Numbered from the stretch's first letter, positions 1 through 10,244 are shown. The stretch: 64,000 nt of DNA from an uncultured cyanobacterium (GCA_963793265.1 CAWBZI010000002.1:96001-160000), one strand, 5' to 3'. Made by a program: numbers and translations. Notes: a model not told the origin generated them from the letters alone.

Positions 1-1583
1 TTGATAGCATTCAGGCAGGTCTAAGCTCAGGGGCTACGACCTGCTCGGGTATTGCTCAGCAGTATCTAGACCGCATTGATGCCTACGACGACCAAGGCCC
101 GTCACTCAATGCGATCATCGCCACGAATCCTAATGCGCTTGGTATTGCCGCCGAGTTAGACGCAGCCTATGCGGCATCTGGCCCGATAGGTTCACTGCAC
201 TGTGTCCCTGTCGTTTTAAAAGACAACTACGACACCTTTGATATTCCTACAACAGCAGGCGCGCTGGCGTTAGAAGGCTTTCAGCCTGATGCCGATGCTT
301 TCCAGGTCGCTAAGCTCAAAGAAGAAGGCGCGCTAATCCTAGCAAAATCCAATCTCTCCGAGTTTGCGTTCTCCTTTACTAGCACCAGCTCTCTTGGTGG
401 CACGACCCTTAACCCCTATGACACCTCTCGCAACGCAGGTGGCTCTAGTGGTGGCACGGGCGCAGCGATCGCGGCCAACTTTGGTGTTCTAGGGTTCGGC
501 ACTGATACAGGCGGCTCCATTCGAGTGCCCGCTTCATTCAATAGCTTAGTAGGCGTTCGTCCTACGATTGGCCTGTCTAGTCGTTCAGGCATCATCCCGC
601 TGGCGCTTTCTCAAGACGTTGGCGGGCCAATGACTCGTACGGTTAAAGATGCCGCTTTAGCACTCAACGCCACCGTTGGCTTCGACCCAGACGATCCGGT
701 CACCGCAGGCAGCGTCGGCAACGTTCCAGAAGACTATACTGATTTTCTCAAGGTCGATGGGTTATCTAATGCCAAAATCGGTCTAGTCAGCGAGCTGTTT
801 GGCTCGGATGACAATGCTGAAAGTGCCAAAACAACCTCGGTCATCAACAAAGCCGTTGATGCCCTTGTAGCGCTAGGGGCAACGGTAAAAGAGGTCACAA
901 TTCCAAATCTAGAGGAAATTATCTCTTTTCCTAGTCTTAGCTCATTTGAGTTCAAAAGAGATCTCAACAACTATCTAGCCGAAAGGCCCGTACCGCCTTC
1001 AGGTGTCAGAACCTTAGAAGATATCATCGAAAGTGGCCTCTTCTTAGAAGATTTTGAAGCCGCTTATATCTCTCGTAATGAGCGCCCTAATCCAGAAGAT
1101 GACCCCGACTATATTCGCATTCTCTCCGAGCGCCCAGCGCTAACGCAGTCCTCACTGCTTACCGCATTAACTGGACTTGATGCGCTTATCTATCCGTCAG
1201 TGGCAAGCCCACCTAACATCTTTGGCGAACCTTTAGCGTCAGGTTCTGGTAACCGCCTAAGCCCGTTCTCAGGATTTCCTGCTATCACAGTTCCTGCTGG
1301 CTTTACAGACGACGGTTTACCCGTAGGGCTAGAGTTTCTAGGCCGGGCCTACGACGAATCAACCCTGTTAGGGCTCACCTATGCCTTCGAGCAGGGTACG
1401 CTCTTTCGCCGCCCGCCTGGGAGTACGCCGCCGCTGGATGGCGAGTCGATACCTGAGCCTAGCATCGCCATTGCTTTGATAGTCTTTGCGTCGGGTGCAC
1501 TGTTGATGCTCCGAAAGCAGCCTTTTACAGCATCAGGCGACACTGTAATCGTCAGCGTCAGTGAAGTATCGATATTCCCATAA
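1..1583 (+). CDS. Amidase-signature family protein with C-terminal PEP-CTERM sorting signal (5'-truncated by window)
   Basis: The frame is open from base 3, upstream of the ORF-track start at 525. It encodes VVLKDN, RNAGGSSGGTG and GTDTGGSIRVP (Lys/Ser/Ser amidase triad). The C-terminus is IPEPS + hydrophobic stretch + RK. Confidence 0.9.
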   Translation, partial: DSIQAGLSSGATTCSGIAQQYLDRIDAYDDQGPSLNAIIATNPNALGIAAELDAAYAASGPIGSLHCVPVVLKDNYDTFDIPTTAGALALEGFQPDADAFQVAKLKEEGALILAKSNLSEFAFSFTSTSSLGGTTLNPYDTSRNAGGSSGGTGAAIAANFGVLGFGTDTGGSIRVPASFNSLVGVRPTIGLSSRSGIIPLALSQDVGGPMTRTVKDAALALNATVGFDPDDPVTAGSVGNVPEDYTDFLKVDGLSNAKIGLVSELFGSDDNAESAKTTSVINKAVDALVALGATVKEVTIPNLEEIISFPSLSSFEFKRDLNNYLAERPVPPSGVRTLEDIIESGLFLEDFEAAYISRNERPNPEDDPDYIRILSERPALTQSSLLTALTGLDALIYPSVASPPNIFGEPLASGSGNRLSPFSGFPAITVPAGFTDDGLPVGLEFLGRAYDESTLLGLTYAFEQGTLFRRPPGSTPPLDGESIPEPSIAIALIVFASGALLMLRKQPFTASGDTVIVSVSEVSIFP

Positions 1584-1615
1584 GTCACTAGATCTATTTT
1601 GAAGTGCGCGAGCGT

Positions 1616-1646
1616 AGCTTTGGCATATCTGTTTTGCCAAAGCTAT
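1616..1646. terminator. Inverted repeat downstream of amidase, probable terminator
   Basis: tagctttggca-N9-tgccaaagcta. Confidence 0.5.
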
Positions 1647-2362
1647 AGCGGTCGTGCGATCAGGATGTAGTAGCAACTGAAATTCCATACGTAGAGAGAT
1701 CGTTGATCTTGTCTAAGATTTCTCTGTGCAAAAGATAAGAGCAACAACTGACACCACTCAACGACTCGATGTTGTTGCAGCGATTGTTCTAATTATCTTT
1801 GTCATTGTCGCCAAAATCGCGCGTACCGTTATCTGACGAACGTGCCTGCTTTAGACAACATGGCGAGGTTTTTAGCTGTAAAACGCCCAATGCTGACGTG
1901 TTGGGCCGAGTTGTTTCGAGAATCACCCGTCAGTCGGTAGCGCAACTGCTTTCTGAGAGAGTTTGGAGTTATATTGGGATGGAGCAAGACGACTACTATC
2001 AGATAGACGGCTTAGGAATTCCTTTTGCTGGTGGGGGCTTAAGCGCTTCGCTAAGTAGGAATAAGCAGTATGAACACTTTCGTCAAGCGCGTTGGCGGTC
2101 GGGGTTCTTGGCTAGCAGTACCTTTGTTTCTGCTAGTCTCTATGCTGGCCGTAGATAGGCCCAACAAAAAGAAACCAACAGTGACGCTCATCTCTCCCAT
2201 GAGAAGGTTTCATAATAATATTTTACATTTAAGAAGGCTATACCTAAAGAAAGATGTTTTTAAAAATCGTAAAAAATAGAAGTTTCTCGCTTGCTATTTC
2301 GTGGATGTCTCCTATAATCGGTAGCGTACTATACAGAAATCATTTCAAAACAGGAGTCTTGC

Positions 2363-2878
2363 ATGTTGAATAAAATTCTAGTCGCTATAGACGAGTCAGC
2401 TTCTAGTGAATGGGCTTTCGATGAGGCTTTAACATTGGCTAAAGCTCTCGAAGCTGAATTGCTTTTGGTTCATGTACTAGAGGCATTTGCATCCGACAGT
2501 CCAAAGCAGCCCCTGGTTTCTGCCGCCATTTTTTCAAGAGGTGTAGATAGCCCTGCCCAAAAGGAGTACGAACAGGAGTGGCAACAGTTTGAAAACCGCT
2601 ATGTTACCTTGCTCAAACAGAGACAAGCACAGGCGGAAGCTACTGGCATTACCGCCAACTATTTACAGGCTCAAGGCGCACCAGAACGGCAGATTCGCGA
2701 AATTGCGAAGACGCATGACATCGACTTGATTGTGCTCGGCAATCGCGATCGCACAAATCCTAACAGCATTAGCAACTATCTAGTTCATCATGCACCCTGT
2801 TCGGTCACCGTCGTCCATCCCAAAGCTAACGACCGGGAATCTTCAAGAACAAACCTTTCAGAGGTAGTTGCTGTATAG
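2363..2878 (+). CDS. Universal stress protein (UspA family)
   Basis: KILVAIDES start, DLIVLG...SISNYLVHHAPCSVTVV end, and a GGAG RBS. The ATP-binding loop looks shortened. Confidence 0.85.
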   Translation: MLNKILVAIDESASSEWAFDEALTLAKALEAELLLVHVLEAFASDSPKQPLVSAAIFSRGVDSPAQKEYEQEWQQFENRYVTLLKQRQAQAEATGITANYLQAQGAPERQIREIAKTHDIDLIVLGNRDRTNPNSISNYLVHHAPCSVTVVHPKANDRESSRTNLSEVVAV

Positions 2879-3015
2879 CAGCAGCGAACGGCTTTTTGAG
2901 CAGTAACGAGGTATCTCTTGGAAAAGCTGCTCGAAGCCGTAGGCGCGATGAGCAATAGGGTAGGTAGCAAAGTAAGTAGCTTGCTCTACTTAATTACCAA
3001 AAACTTCAAGGCTTT

Positions 3016-3126
3016 TCAAAGGTTCTGTTGCAAAGTTTCGCTATAGACCACTCTCTTGCGAGTTGCCCAAATAAGCTTGCCGTCGCGCTTCAGTAAATTT
3101 AGCAAACGAGTAGCTGTCATCCTCAT
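3016..3126 (-). pseudogene. C-terminal remnant of a Crp/Fnr-type HTH regulator
   Basis: Translates as MRMTATRLLNLLKRDGKLIW..., resembling the Crp recognition helix (R-v-T-v-T-R-l-L). No upstream domain is present. Confidence 0.45.
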
Positions 3127-3259
3127 GGAGATAATAGACATTGAACAAATCGAGGCATCGCTATAATGAGGAACCGTAAGACCTTTGGCAGATGAAGCTA
3201 AAAAGTTTGTTCGATGAGTTCGGTGAGAATTAAGAATTCAATTCGTCTTTAACTTTTAT

Positions 3260-3365
3260 CAAACCGAAGAACAGAAAGCACTAGCAAAGCAAATTGCTCA
3301 GCAGACCGCCCCGAATGTTCCTATTGTTAATCAGATCACCTATTGTTAATCAGATCAAAGTTTAA
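3260..3365 (+). pseudogene. BON-domain-like C-terminal remnant disrupted by a 19-bp tandem duplication
   Basis: QTEEQKALAKQIAQQTAPNVPIVNQI(KV*); cctattgttaatcagatca is duplicated at 3320-3338 and 3339-3357. Confidence 0.4.
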
Positions 3366-3467
3366 TCATTATTCTCCATCTTCTGAGATATAGGCGACCC
3401 GTTCCCTCCTCCAGCTAAAAAGCAGCCGCATCTGCTAACTGCCGACGAAATATCCCCTCCCCCCGGA

Positions 3468-4269
3468 TTGTTATTAAACCCCCAAGCCACTAAGCTGCTC
3501 CAAAAGAGACAATTATTGCTTATGTGGTTTCAAGGTCTTTTTGGGTTTACCAGCGCTTCTTCAGTCTCGCTTCAGCCTATTTTGGGCCTGCATATTCCCG
3601 ATGGCTTCTTAAGTTTGCCGGTTAGCCTGTTTGGCTGGATCGTGGCTATCGGGTTAACTGCGGTTTCACTCAAGCGGGTAGAGTCCGTTTATGGCGATCG
3701 CACCGTCTCTCTTATGGGTGAAGGAAGGATCACTAAACTTATGGCGAATTTTCGCTTCGATATTGACAGCCAAAAATCGACCTTTTGGCATTCTCTAGCG
3801 CCGCGTACGCGGGTGCTATGCGTGTGTTTGTGGGTATTGGCGATCGCCTTTACGCCCAACGCTCACTGGTGGAGCTGGGCCACTTATGGAGCAACCATCT
3901 TTGGTTTGGGCCTCATCAGCCGAGTCACCTGGAGCGCGCTCCTAAAGCGACTAGCCGTAGAATTCTCTTTTATCGGCACGGTTTTAGTTGGAACTTTGTT
4001 TCAAGGGGGTGGCGACGTTGCACCATAATCCGATCTCTATTGCCAATTTGAGCTATACCTATGAAGACGGCACTCAGGCGCTCAACAGCATCAACTTCAA
4101 CGTGAAGCCTACCGAGCAGGTGCTAGGCGACCCTGATTTTTTGCACCGCCATGCGCTAGAGCCACCTCTTTGCTACAGTCGCCCGTACTGTCAGATCGAC
4201 CATGCGCCTACACCGCTGCATAAAGTCTCTTTTGGTACACTGTCCCCTCAACTGGCCGAGGTGACATGA
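3468..4269 (+). pseudogene. cbiMQO: Deletion-collapsed cbiM/cbiQ/cbiO (Ni/Co ECF transporter) operon remnant
   Basis: HIPDGFLS (CbiM/NikM N-terminus) is fused in frame to a CbiQ-like N-terminus (FWHSLAPRTR...LLKRLAVEF). From 4018 a CbiO N-terminus (LSYTYEDGTQAL) is joined directly to its C-terminus (LGDPDFLHRHALEPP), with no Walker motifs. Confidence 0.75.
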
Positions 4270-4399
4270 CTGTCCTCATTCAGCTTTACTGAACGGTTGT
4301 TCTCACAAATTTCACTACCATATCTCTTTAAAATGACACTAAAGACCTTACGTTTATTAGCTGACACAGCAGCCTTCTACCTTCATCTCAAGTGATTCA

Positions 4400-4750
4400 A
4401 TGAAACCTCCCTCAGCAGATCATCGAGCTGCACCAGCAGGTAACCATCCGCACGAGCACGATCATAGCCAAAGCGCAGCCCACGTTCATAGCGAGGCTTC
4501 TAAAAAGCAGCTAATCAACCGTCTCTCTCGGATCGAAGGGCATCTGCGCGGTATTAAATCTATGGTTGAAAGCGATCGCGCCTGCCCCGATGTTTTAATC
4601 CAGATTGCGGCTGTTCGAGGCGGATTAGACCGGGTTGCTCGGCTTATCTTAGACGAGCATTTGAGTGAATGTATCACCAGGGCCGTCGATGACGGCAATA
4701 TTGAAGTAGAAGTAGAGGCCCTAAAAGCCGCTCTTGACCGATTTATCTAG
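4400..4750 (+). CDS. CsoR/RcnR-family metal-sensing repressor (InrS-like, His-rich N-terminus)
   Basis: HPHEHDH..HVHS, LINRLSRIEGH, C-PDVLIQIAAV, EHLSEC. Confidence 0.9.
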   Translation: MKPPSADHRAAPAGNHPHEHDHSQSAAHVHSEASKKQLINRLSRIEGHLRGIKSMVESDRACPDVLIQIAAVRGGLDRVARLILDEHLSECITRAVDDGNIEVEVEALKAALDRFI

Positions 4751-4784
4751 ATCCTAAGTAAAACCTCTTGCAGTTTCGGCCTAG

Positions 4785-4810
4785 AACGCTGCCAGTGAAG
4801 GCGGCGTTTT
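4785..4810 (+). terminator. Intrinsic terminator after csoR-like gene
   Basis: aacgctgcc-agtgaa-ggcggcgtttt. Confidence 0.55.
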
Positions 4811-4825
4811 AAACCCTTCAAATAA

Positions 4826-4987
4826 GGGAGCTGCGCTCAAATAAAGTACCGGCAAATCGACAAATATTGCCCTGGGCATAGCGTGCTATGCCCCTACGTT
4901 ACCGTCAATTTCTGTAGGGGCTTAGCACTGCTATGCCCGAGGCAATGAACAGCGCTATCAGCGGTACTTTATTTAAACGCATGTCCC
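4826..4987. mobile_element. MITE-like element with terminal inverted repeats and two internal REP-like palindromes (copy 1)
   Basis: Imperfect ~26-bp TIRs (GGGAGCTGCGCTCAAATAAAGTACCG / CGGTACTTTATTTAAACGCATGTCCC), TAA on both flanks, and a near-identical inverted copy at 17079-17231. Confidence 0.8.
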
Positions 4988-5100
4988 TAAAGTCTTAATA
5001 GAACTGGTGATGGGCACCGCTACAATTAAGCCCAGAACGCCAGCAATTTTAGTCGCTACAGGCCAATCTGCATGTCAACGTAATTCTAGAGGTAATTTAC

Positions 5101-6279
5101 TTACAGCGATCGCTTCGGCCAGGTAAAGCAGAACTTACTGCCAGCTGTCGTTTTTTCGTCTAGCCACAGCTTACCCCCTTCAGCTTCGACAATCTTTTTA
5201 ACCAAAGCTAGGCCAAGACCTGTATTCGCCCCGTCCTCGCTATCTTTGATCGTTCGGAACATCTCAAATATCTGATGACGGTAGCTCATTGGAATGCCTG
5301 GGCCATCATCAATGATGGCAAACTCGTACTGATGTCCACAACTAGAAGCGGTAACTTCTATCTTTCCACGAGCTTTGTCGTGGTGTTTTATAGCATTGCT
5401 AATGAGGTTTGACATCACCTGATTTAGCAGCACGCGCTTAGCTAAAAGTTTGGGAAGCGGTGTAGAGGGTGAGATTGTGAACCCTGCAGGCGGTGAAATT
5501 AAATCAATAACTTCACTGAGTAGCTCAGCGGTATCAACTTCTTCTGCGGATAGGTCTTCTCTACCGACCTTTGAAACTTGCAGCAGACCTTCTACAAGCA
5601 AATGCATTCTAGCGACTCGCTGCTGTAGAAGCGCAAGATGTGACTTCGTTTCCTCTGGAGCTTTGTCCTCTAAGTCTTCTCCAATCCATCTTGCTAAGTT
5701 AGAAATACCGCGCAGCGGCGCTTTAAGATCGTGTGATACAACGCTAGCAAAATCATCTAGCTCTTGGTTGCGCTGTTCAAGGTCTATCTGCGCCTTCTTC
5801 CGCTTCGTTATGTCGCGCGAGACGGATAAGATCTCGCGAATATGGTTGTCATCATCAAAAATAGGTGTGACCACAACTTCCCACCATCGAGGGTTGCCCT
5901 TAGCCGTTGCGCAGTAGCCATCGAAGCGGCCTGTCTCGCCGCAACAAGCCCGCTCAAAAGCAGCTTTTGCAGCATCCTTATCCGCACCACACCAAAAAGA
6001 CAGCCAGCGCTGATGCCGCACCTGCTGGGCGAAGTTGTCTACTTCCATAATGCGCTGCCCTTCATGGTTCATATAAAGCAGCCTGCCGTGCAGATCGAGC
6101 ACCTTAACACAGTCCTGACTGCTCTCAAGCAAACGCTGCAAGAATTTAGCATCTTGACAGCGATAGTCATCTTCTCGTTTTTCATTCAGTGAACTAGCTG
6201 AAGGTGGCATAGCTGCATAGCTTGGCAGACCAGATTCTGTATGTGTGCGGCTTTGATTATCAATAGAGTTCTCTGGCAT
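5101..6279 (-). CDS. PAS-domain sensor histidine kinase
   Basis: PAS (SQDCVKVLDLHG...SVSRDIT), H-box SHDLKAPL, N-box NLISNAIKH, DDGPGI, GLGL. The start is placed at ATG 6279 (the ORF track extends to 6387). Confidence 0.9.
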   Translation of the reverse strand: MPENSIDNQSRTHTESGLPSYAAMPPSASSLNEKREDDYRCQDAKFLQRLLESSQDCVKVLDLHGRLLYMNHEGQRIMEVDNFAQQVRHQRWLSFWCGADKDAAKAAFERACCGETGRFDGYCATAKGNPRWWEVVVTPIFDDDNHIREILSVSRDITKRKKAQIDLEQRNQELDDFASVVSHDLKAPLRGISNLARWIGEDLEDKAPEETKSHLALLQQRVARMHLLVEGLLQVSKVGREDLSAEEVDTAELLSEVIDLISPPAGFTISPSTPLPKLLAKRVLLNQVMSNLISNAIKHHDKARGKIEVTASSCGHQYEFAIIDDGPGIPMSYRHQIFEMFRTIKDSEDGANTGLGLALVKKIVEAEGGKLWLDEKTTAGSKFCFTWPKRSL

Positions 6280-6561
6280 TGGAGTCGCTGTAGCAGATGT
6301 AAGCAATGTGACAGGGGTAAATATCGCTTCTCCTAAAGACGTATGCTTATTGTATAGTTTTTTATACCGAAGGTATAGGTTACACAAACGATGATACCGC
6401 TTATGTCTATCTAAAGGCGGAGCATATGGAATAGACCATCTTCAAGTTTCGTTTAAATGAATTAAAGTCAAAGAGCACTCTACTTTCACGCGGCACCTTC
6501 TACGGCCTGCACCCGATGCGATCGCAAAAGCAGTGAAAAGCTAAAAAGCGTAAGAATTACC

Positions 6562-7215
6562 TCAACCAAGCACAAAATCAAAGTAAGCCTGCTTGCCCTC
6601 AGCAGTATCTTGAACCGCCATCAGTAGCGCTCTCTGGAAGAGAAAGTCTTGTTCGTTCAGCGGCTCATCAGGAAGATAGATCTGGGTAGTCAGCGCTAGG
6701 CGATCTGAAGCCTGCACCTTGATATGTAGGTGACGAGTACGCCCCGGATATAGTCCAGGGACAATCGTTTCAATCCGGTAGCGGCCTTCAGCATCTGTGA
6801 ACTGGTGCCCGCGCAGATTGTTCCCTTCGTTGTCATACGCCCCTTGCGCGTCTGTTTGCCAAACGTCGATCAGGCTGTTAGCAAGCGGCACGCACGCTGT
6901 TGTAAGGACTTGCCCGGTTACGACAAGCCGAGTGCCTGTTGTTTCTGGCGTTAGTAGCGACTGCCGCTGAGGCGAATTAGGAGAATAGAACGGGCCTGGC
7001 GTCTGGCTAGGCGTGAGCGTGTAGTCTCCGCAAGCGGGCGTCGGCGGCAGTTGCAGGGGTGAGCCTTGGGCTTGAGCCTTACCTGGGCTTGAGCGCTGAG
7101 CAGCTTGACCACAGGCACTGAGGCTCACGGCGGCAAAGAAATAGGGCGATCGCCTCAGAAAGCGGCGACGACTGGTGCGAGCTATCCAAGATCTTTTTGT
7201 TAAATCAGTACTCAT
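6562..7215 (-). CDS. Intradiol ring-cleavage dioxygenase-like protein with Tat/lipoprotein-type signal
   Basis: SRRRFL...LSAC; GPFY, DVWQTDAQGAY, LRGHQFTD, PGLYPGRTRHLH. Confidence 0.85.
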   Translation of the reverse strand: MSTDLTKRSWIARTSRRRFLRRSPYFFAAVSLSACGQAAQRSSPGKAQAQGSPLQLPPTPACGDYTLTPSQTPGPFYSPNSPQRQSLLTPETTGTRLVVTGQVLTTACVPLANSLIDVWQTDAQGAYDNEGNNLRGHQFTDAEGRYRIETIVPGLYPGRTRHLHIKVQASDRLALTTQIYLPDEPLNEQDFLFQRALLMAVQDTAEGKQAYFDFVLG

Positions 7216-7424
7216 AGCGCAGTGAAAAAGGGCCGTCTCTATTGTGTCTCAACAGCCAGCCGAATTGCTTGATTCCTCTAGAACAAACCGGATGCTGCTG
7301 TGCCAGTAGACGATATGTTGACGAAGGCACTGAAGCGTTACGAACCAACATTTGTACCAGTTAGAGCCTAAGGATAATAGTGCTCAAGGCGATGTACAAC
7401 TAAAGTGAAGACAGCCTGAATGCG

Positions 7425-7895
7425 CTAAGCAGGCGAATCGATCAATCCAGGATGATCGTCTGGTCTATCTCCAGGCGCAGACCAGTAGAAGCGGCGGTCT
7501 TCTGGTTTAATCGGCATGTCGTTGATACTGGCCTCACGCCTTCGCATTAAGCCTTCGTCATCAAACTCCCAATTTTCGTTGCCATAAGCGCGATACCACT
7601 GCCCAGAATCATCATGCCACTCATACTGAAACCGCACGGCAATCCTATTATCTCCAAATGTCCACATCTCTTTTGTTAGGCGATAGTCTAATTCTTTATC
7701 CCACTTGCGCTGTAAGAATTCTCGAATGTTGTCTCTGCCTTGAAACACTTCGGATCTGTTTCGCCAGTGGCTATCTTCAGAGTAGGCCATCGAAACGCGT
7801 CGGGCATCTCTGCTGTTCCAGGCATTTTCAGCCATGCGCACTTTTTGCATGGCCGTCTCATAGGTAAAAGGTGGCACAAGCTTTGCAGGTGGCAT
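7425..7895 (-). CDS. DUF1348 / NTF2-like (SnoaL-like) protein
   Basis: [51 protein letters not shown]. Confidence 0.85.
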   Translation of the reverse strand: MPPAKLVPPFTYETAMQKVRMAENAWNSRDARRVSMAYSEDSHWRNRSEVFQGRDNIREFLQRKWDKELDYRLTKEMWTFGDNRIAVRFQYEWHDDSGQWYRAYGNENWEFDDEGLMRRREASINDMPIKPEDRRFYWSAPGDRPDDHPGLIDSPA

Positions 7896-7929
7896 ATAGC
7901 GATAACTCCAATAGTAGATAGGTGTTCAC

Positions 7930-7990
7930 ATTTAATCAGATCGACCACGGTCGATATTAGGACATTTTTTCTAAGAAATAGGATTTTTGC
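7930..7990 (-). promoter_or_regulatory. Putative activator-dependent promoter with TCCTA direct repeats (shared with cyn promoter)
   Basis: Minus strand: CAAAAATCCTA-N14-TGTCCTA-N22-TTAAAT. Confidence 0.55.
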
Positions 7991-8007
7991 AAGGAGCCTT
8001 GAGCCTA

Positions 8008-9195
8008 TTAGCTTCGGTACGATAGCGGCAGCATGATCCGAAAGGTGGTGCCTATACCCAGTTCACTCTCTACTTTGATGTCTCCCTGCTGTAGTTCTAC
8101 AAACTGCTTCACAATGCTCAAACCTAGCCCTGTGCCCGGAATGTTACTGACATTCTTACCGCGATGAAAGGGCTCAAACAGGTAGGGGTAATCTTCTGGC
8201 AAGATGCCGATGCCCTGATCTTTTACCTGAAAGACTGCCTGGTGCTTGCGCTGAGAGAGCGATAGCTGCACCTTACTGCTTTCTGGACTGTAGCGAATCG
8301 CATTCGACAAAATGTTGATAAGAATAGAGCGCAGCAGCGTTTGATCGCTTTGAGCCATCAGCGCTTTGAACCTGCCCGTGAACTCTATACGCCTTTCGTG
8401 CGGCTGCATTTCTTGCAATAGCTTACGACAAAAATCGACCAGATCAATGGGCTCTAGGGTCAATACAAGGCGCTTGGCCTCAATCTTCCCGAGTACTAAA
8501 ATGTCGTCGATCATGTGCGTCATTCGATCAACGTTGGCAGCAATGCCCTGAAGATACTGATGTTTTTGGCCTGCAGAAAGCTGTTTGTCGTAGCGTTCTA
8601 ACGAGGATACAGACAGGGCGATGTTGTTGAGCGGATTGCGAAACTCGTGGCAGACCATAGAGACGAAGCGAGACTTTAGGGCGCTCAGCTCTTTGAGGTG
8701 TTCGTTGGCGGTATATAGTTCAGCCGCGCGCGATCGCACTTTCTCTTCTAAGTCCTCATTGGTCTGATGCAGCACGCTCTCGGCCCACTTTTGCTGCGTG
8801 ATATCTCGAAACGTCACCACCGCTCCAATCACGCTGCCTCGTTCATCTCGCATTGGCGTACTGATATATTCCACCGGAAAGCTCGTGCCATTTTTTCGCC
8901 AAAACACTTCATCGGTGACCCGATGCGTGCTGCCATCTTGGAGAGCCGCGTAAATAGGACAGCGATCGCGCTGGTAGTGCGTGCCATCACGATGAGAATG
9001 GTGCAGCACCTTATGCATTGACTGGCCAACTAGCTCACCGACTTCCCAGTCGATCATTTTTGCAGCAGCTGGATTGGCAAAAGTCACCTGTCCCTGCAAG
9101 TCCAGGCCATACACACCTTCGCCTACAGCTTGGAGAATAAGCTGATGCTGGCGTTGAAGCGCCTCTAGCTCTTTTTGATTAGACTGGTTACTCAA
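8008..9195 (-). CDS. Cytoplasmic PAS sensor histidine kinase
   Basis: PAS (GEGVYGLD...FPVEY...VVTFRDIT), H-box CHEFRNPL, NILSNAIRYS, GTGLGL; TTG start with AGGAG RBS. Confidence 0.9.
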   Translation of the reverse strand: MSNQSNQKELEALQRQHQLILQAVGEGVYGLDLQGQVTFANPAAAKMIDWEVGELVGQSMHKVLHHSHRDGTHYQRDRCPIYAALQDGSTHRVTDEVFWRKNGTSFPVEYISTPMRDERGSVIGAVVTFRDITQQKWAESVLHQTNEDLEEKVRSRAAELYTANEHLKELSALKSRFVSMVCHEFRNPLNNIALSVSSLERYDKQLSAGQKHQYLQGIAANVDRMTHMIDDILVLGKIEAKRLVLTLEPIDLVDFCRKLLQEMQPHERRIEFTGRFKALMAQSDQTLLRSILINILSNAIRYSPESSKVQLSLSQRKHQAVFQVKDQGIGILPEDYPYLFEPFHRGKNVSNIPGTGLGLSIVKQFVELQQGDIKVESELGIGTTFRIMLPLSYRS

Positions 9196-9352
9196 GTGGC
9201 TCTGCTCCTTGAATAGGATCGATACTGTAATGAATTACACCACAAGCTACGGAGTAAACCCGATAGGTATAGAAAGGTGAGCCGTTTGAGCATCGCGGCG
9301 CATAGCTCGAGATATGAGCGTACCTGAAAACAGTAAAGAGGTGGTGTAAGCG

Positions 9353-10159
9353 ATGGTGACTAAAATTCTTGTCATTGAAGATGAGGCTGAAACAAGAGGT
9401 ATTTTTCTTCGCTGCCTGGCCTTTGAGAACTTTAGCGCAATTGGGGCAAGCGATGGTGAAACGGGAGTTAGGCTAGCCGCTCAGCATCAGCCTGATTTGA
9501 TCGTTTGCGATATTATGATGCCGCAGATGGATGGCTACGGCGTGCTGACGGCGCTTAGAGCACAAGAAACCATGCGGGCTATTCCGTTTATCTTTTTGAC
9601 AGCAAAGGTGACGATGGAAGACTTGCGGCGAGGGATGGGATTAGGCGCAGATGACTATTTGACTAAGCCCTGTACCGTCGAGCAGTTTTTGAAGGCGATC
9701 GCAACTCGCCTCAAGCGCCATAAAGAAATTCAAAGCAGCCATCCGCTCAGCATAGACGCTGCTTCAAACAGCATCTTTCCTCACTGCCCTAAGCTTGAAT
9801 CTGCCTTTCAATTTATCGACAACCACTACCGCCAAGCCATATATCTCAACGACATAGCGCAGGCCGTAGGCTATTCGCCCGCCTACTTGACCAATCTCTC
9901 ACAAAGCCACACCGGACGCACGGTGAAACAGTGGATTACCGAACGACGCATGGCCCAGGCCCATCATTTGCTAAAAAATACGGCTTATTCTGTTCGGAAG
10001 ATTGCTGAAGAGATCGGCTACACCGACGCTGGCTATTTTACTCGTCAGTTTCGTAAGCTGTACGGCACGACCCCTAGAGCGTGGCGAAATCAGCTCACGC
10101 CCCAATCGGTAACAATTACAACAAAACAAACAAGCTCTGTAGCAACCGTAACTAAATAA
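9353..10159 (+). CDS. Response regulator with AraC-type DNA-binding domain
   Basis: REC domain (ILVIEDE, IVCDIMMP, YLTKP) plus AraC HTH (YSPAYL, GYTDAGYFTRQFRKLYGTTP). Confidence 0.9.
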   Translation: MVTKILVIEDEAETRGIFLRCLAFENFSAIGASDGETGVRLAAQHQPDLIVCDIMMPQMDGYGVLTALRAQETMRAIPFIFLTAKVTMEDLRRGMGLGADDYLTKPCTVEQFLKAIATRLKRHKEIQSSHPLSIDAASNSIFPHCPKLESAFQFIDNHYRQAIYLNDIAQAVGYSPAYLTNLSQSHTGRTVKQWITERRMAQAHHLLKNTAYSVRKIAEEIGYTDAGYFTRQFRKLYGTTPRAWRNQLTPQSVTITTKQTSSVATVTK

Positions 10160-10182
10160 CTACAGCGTTCTTAAGAGATCGT

Positions 10183-10244
10183 CAAAAAGTCCTAGTTTAT
10201 TGTAGATATTGTCCTATCTGGCTATCTCTGCGTACCTGTATAAG
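10183..10244 (+). promoter_or_regulatory. Putative cyn operon promoter with TCCTA direct repeats
   Basis: CAAAAAGTCCTA-N15-TGTCCTA-N22-TATAAG. Confidence 0.55.

Noticed and set aside
1799..2279. ORFs 1799-2158 and 2070-2279 as genes
   Set aside because: They overlap and have no recognisable family; more likely decayed sequence.
10105..10165. NtcA box upstream of cynA
   Set aside because: The GTA/TAC pairs are spaced N5 or N10; only a GTA-N8-AAC variant exists, inside the regulator's 3' end.
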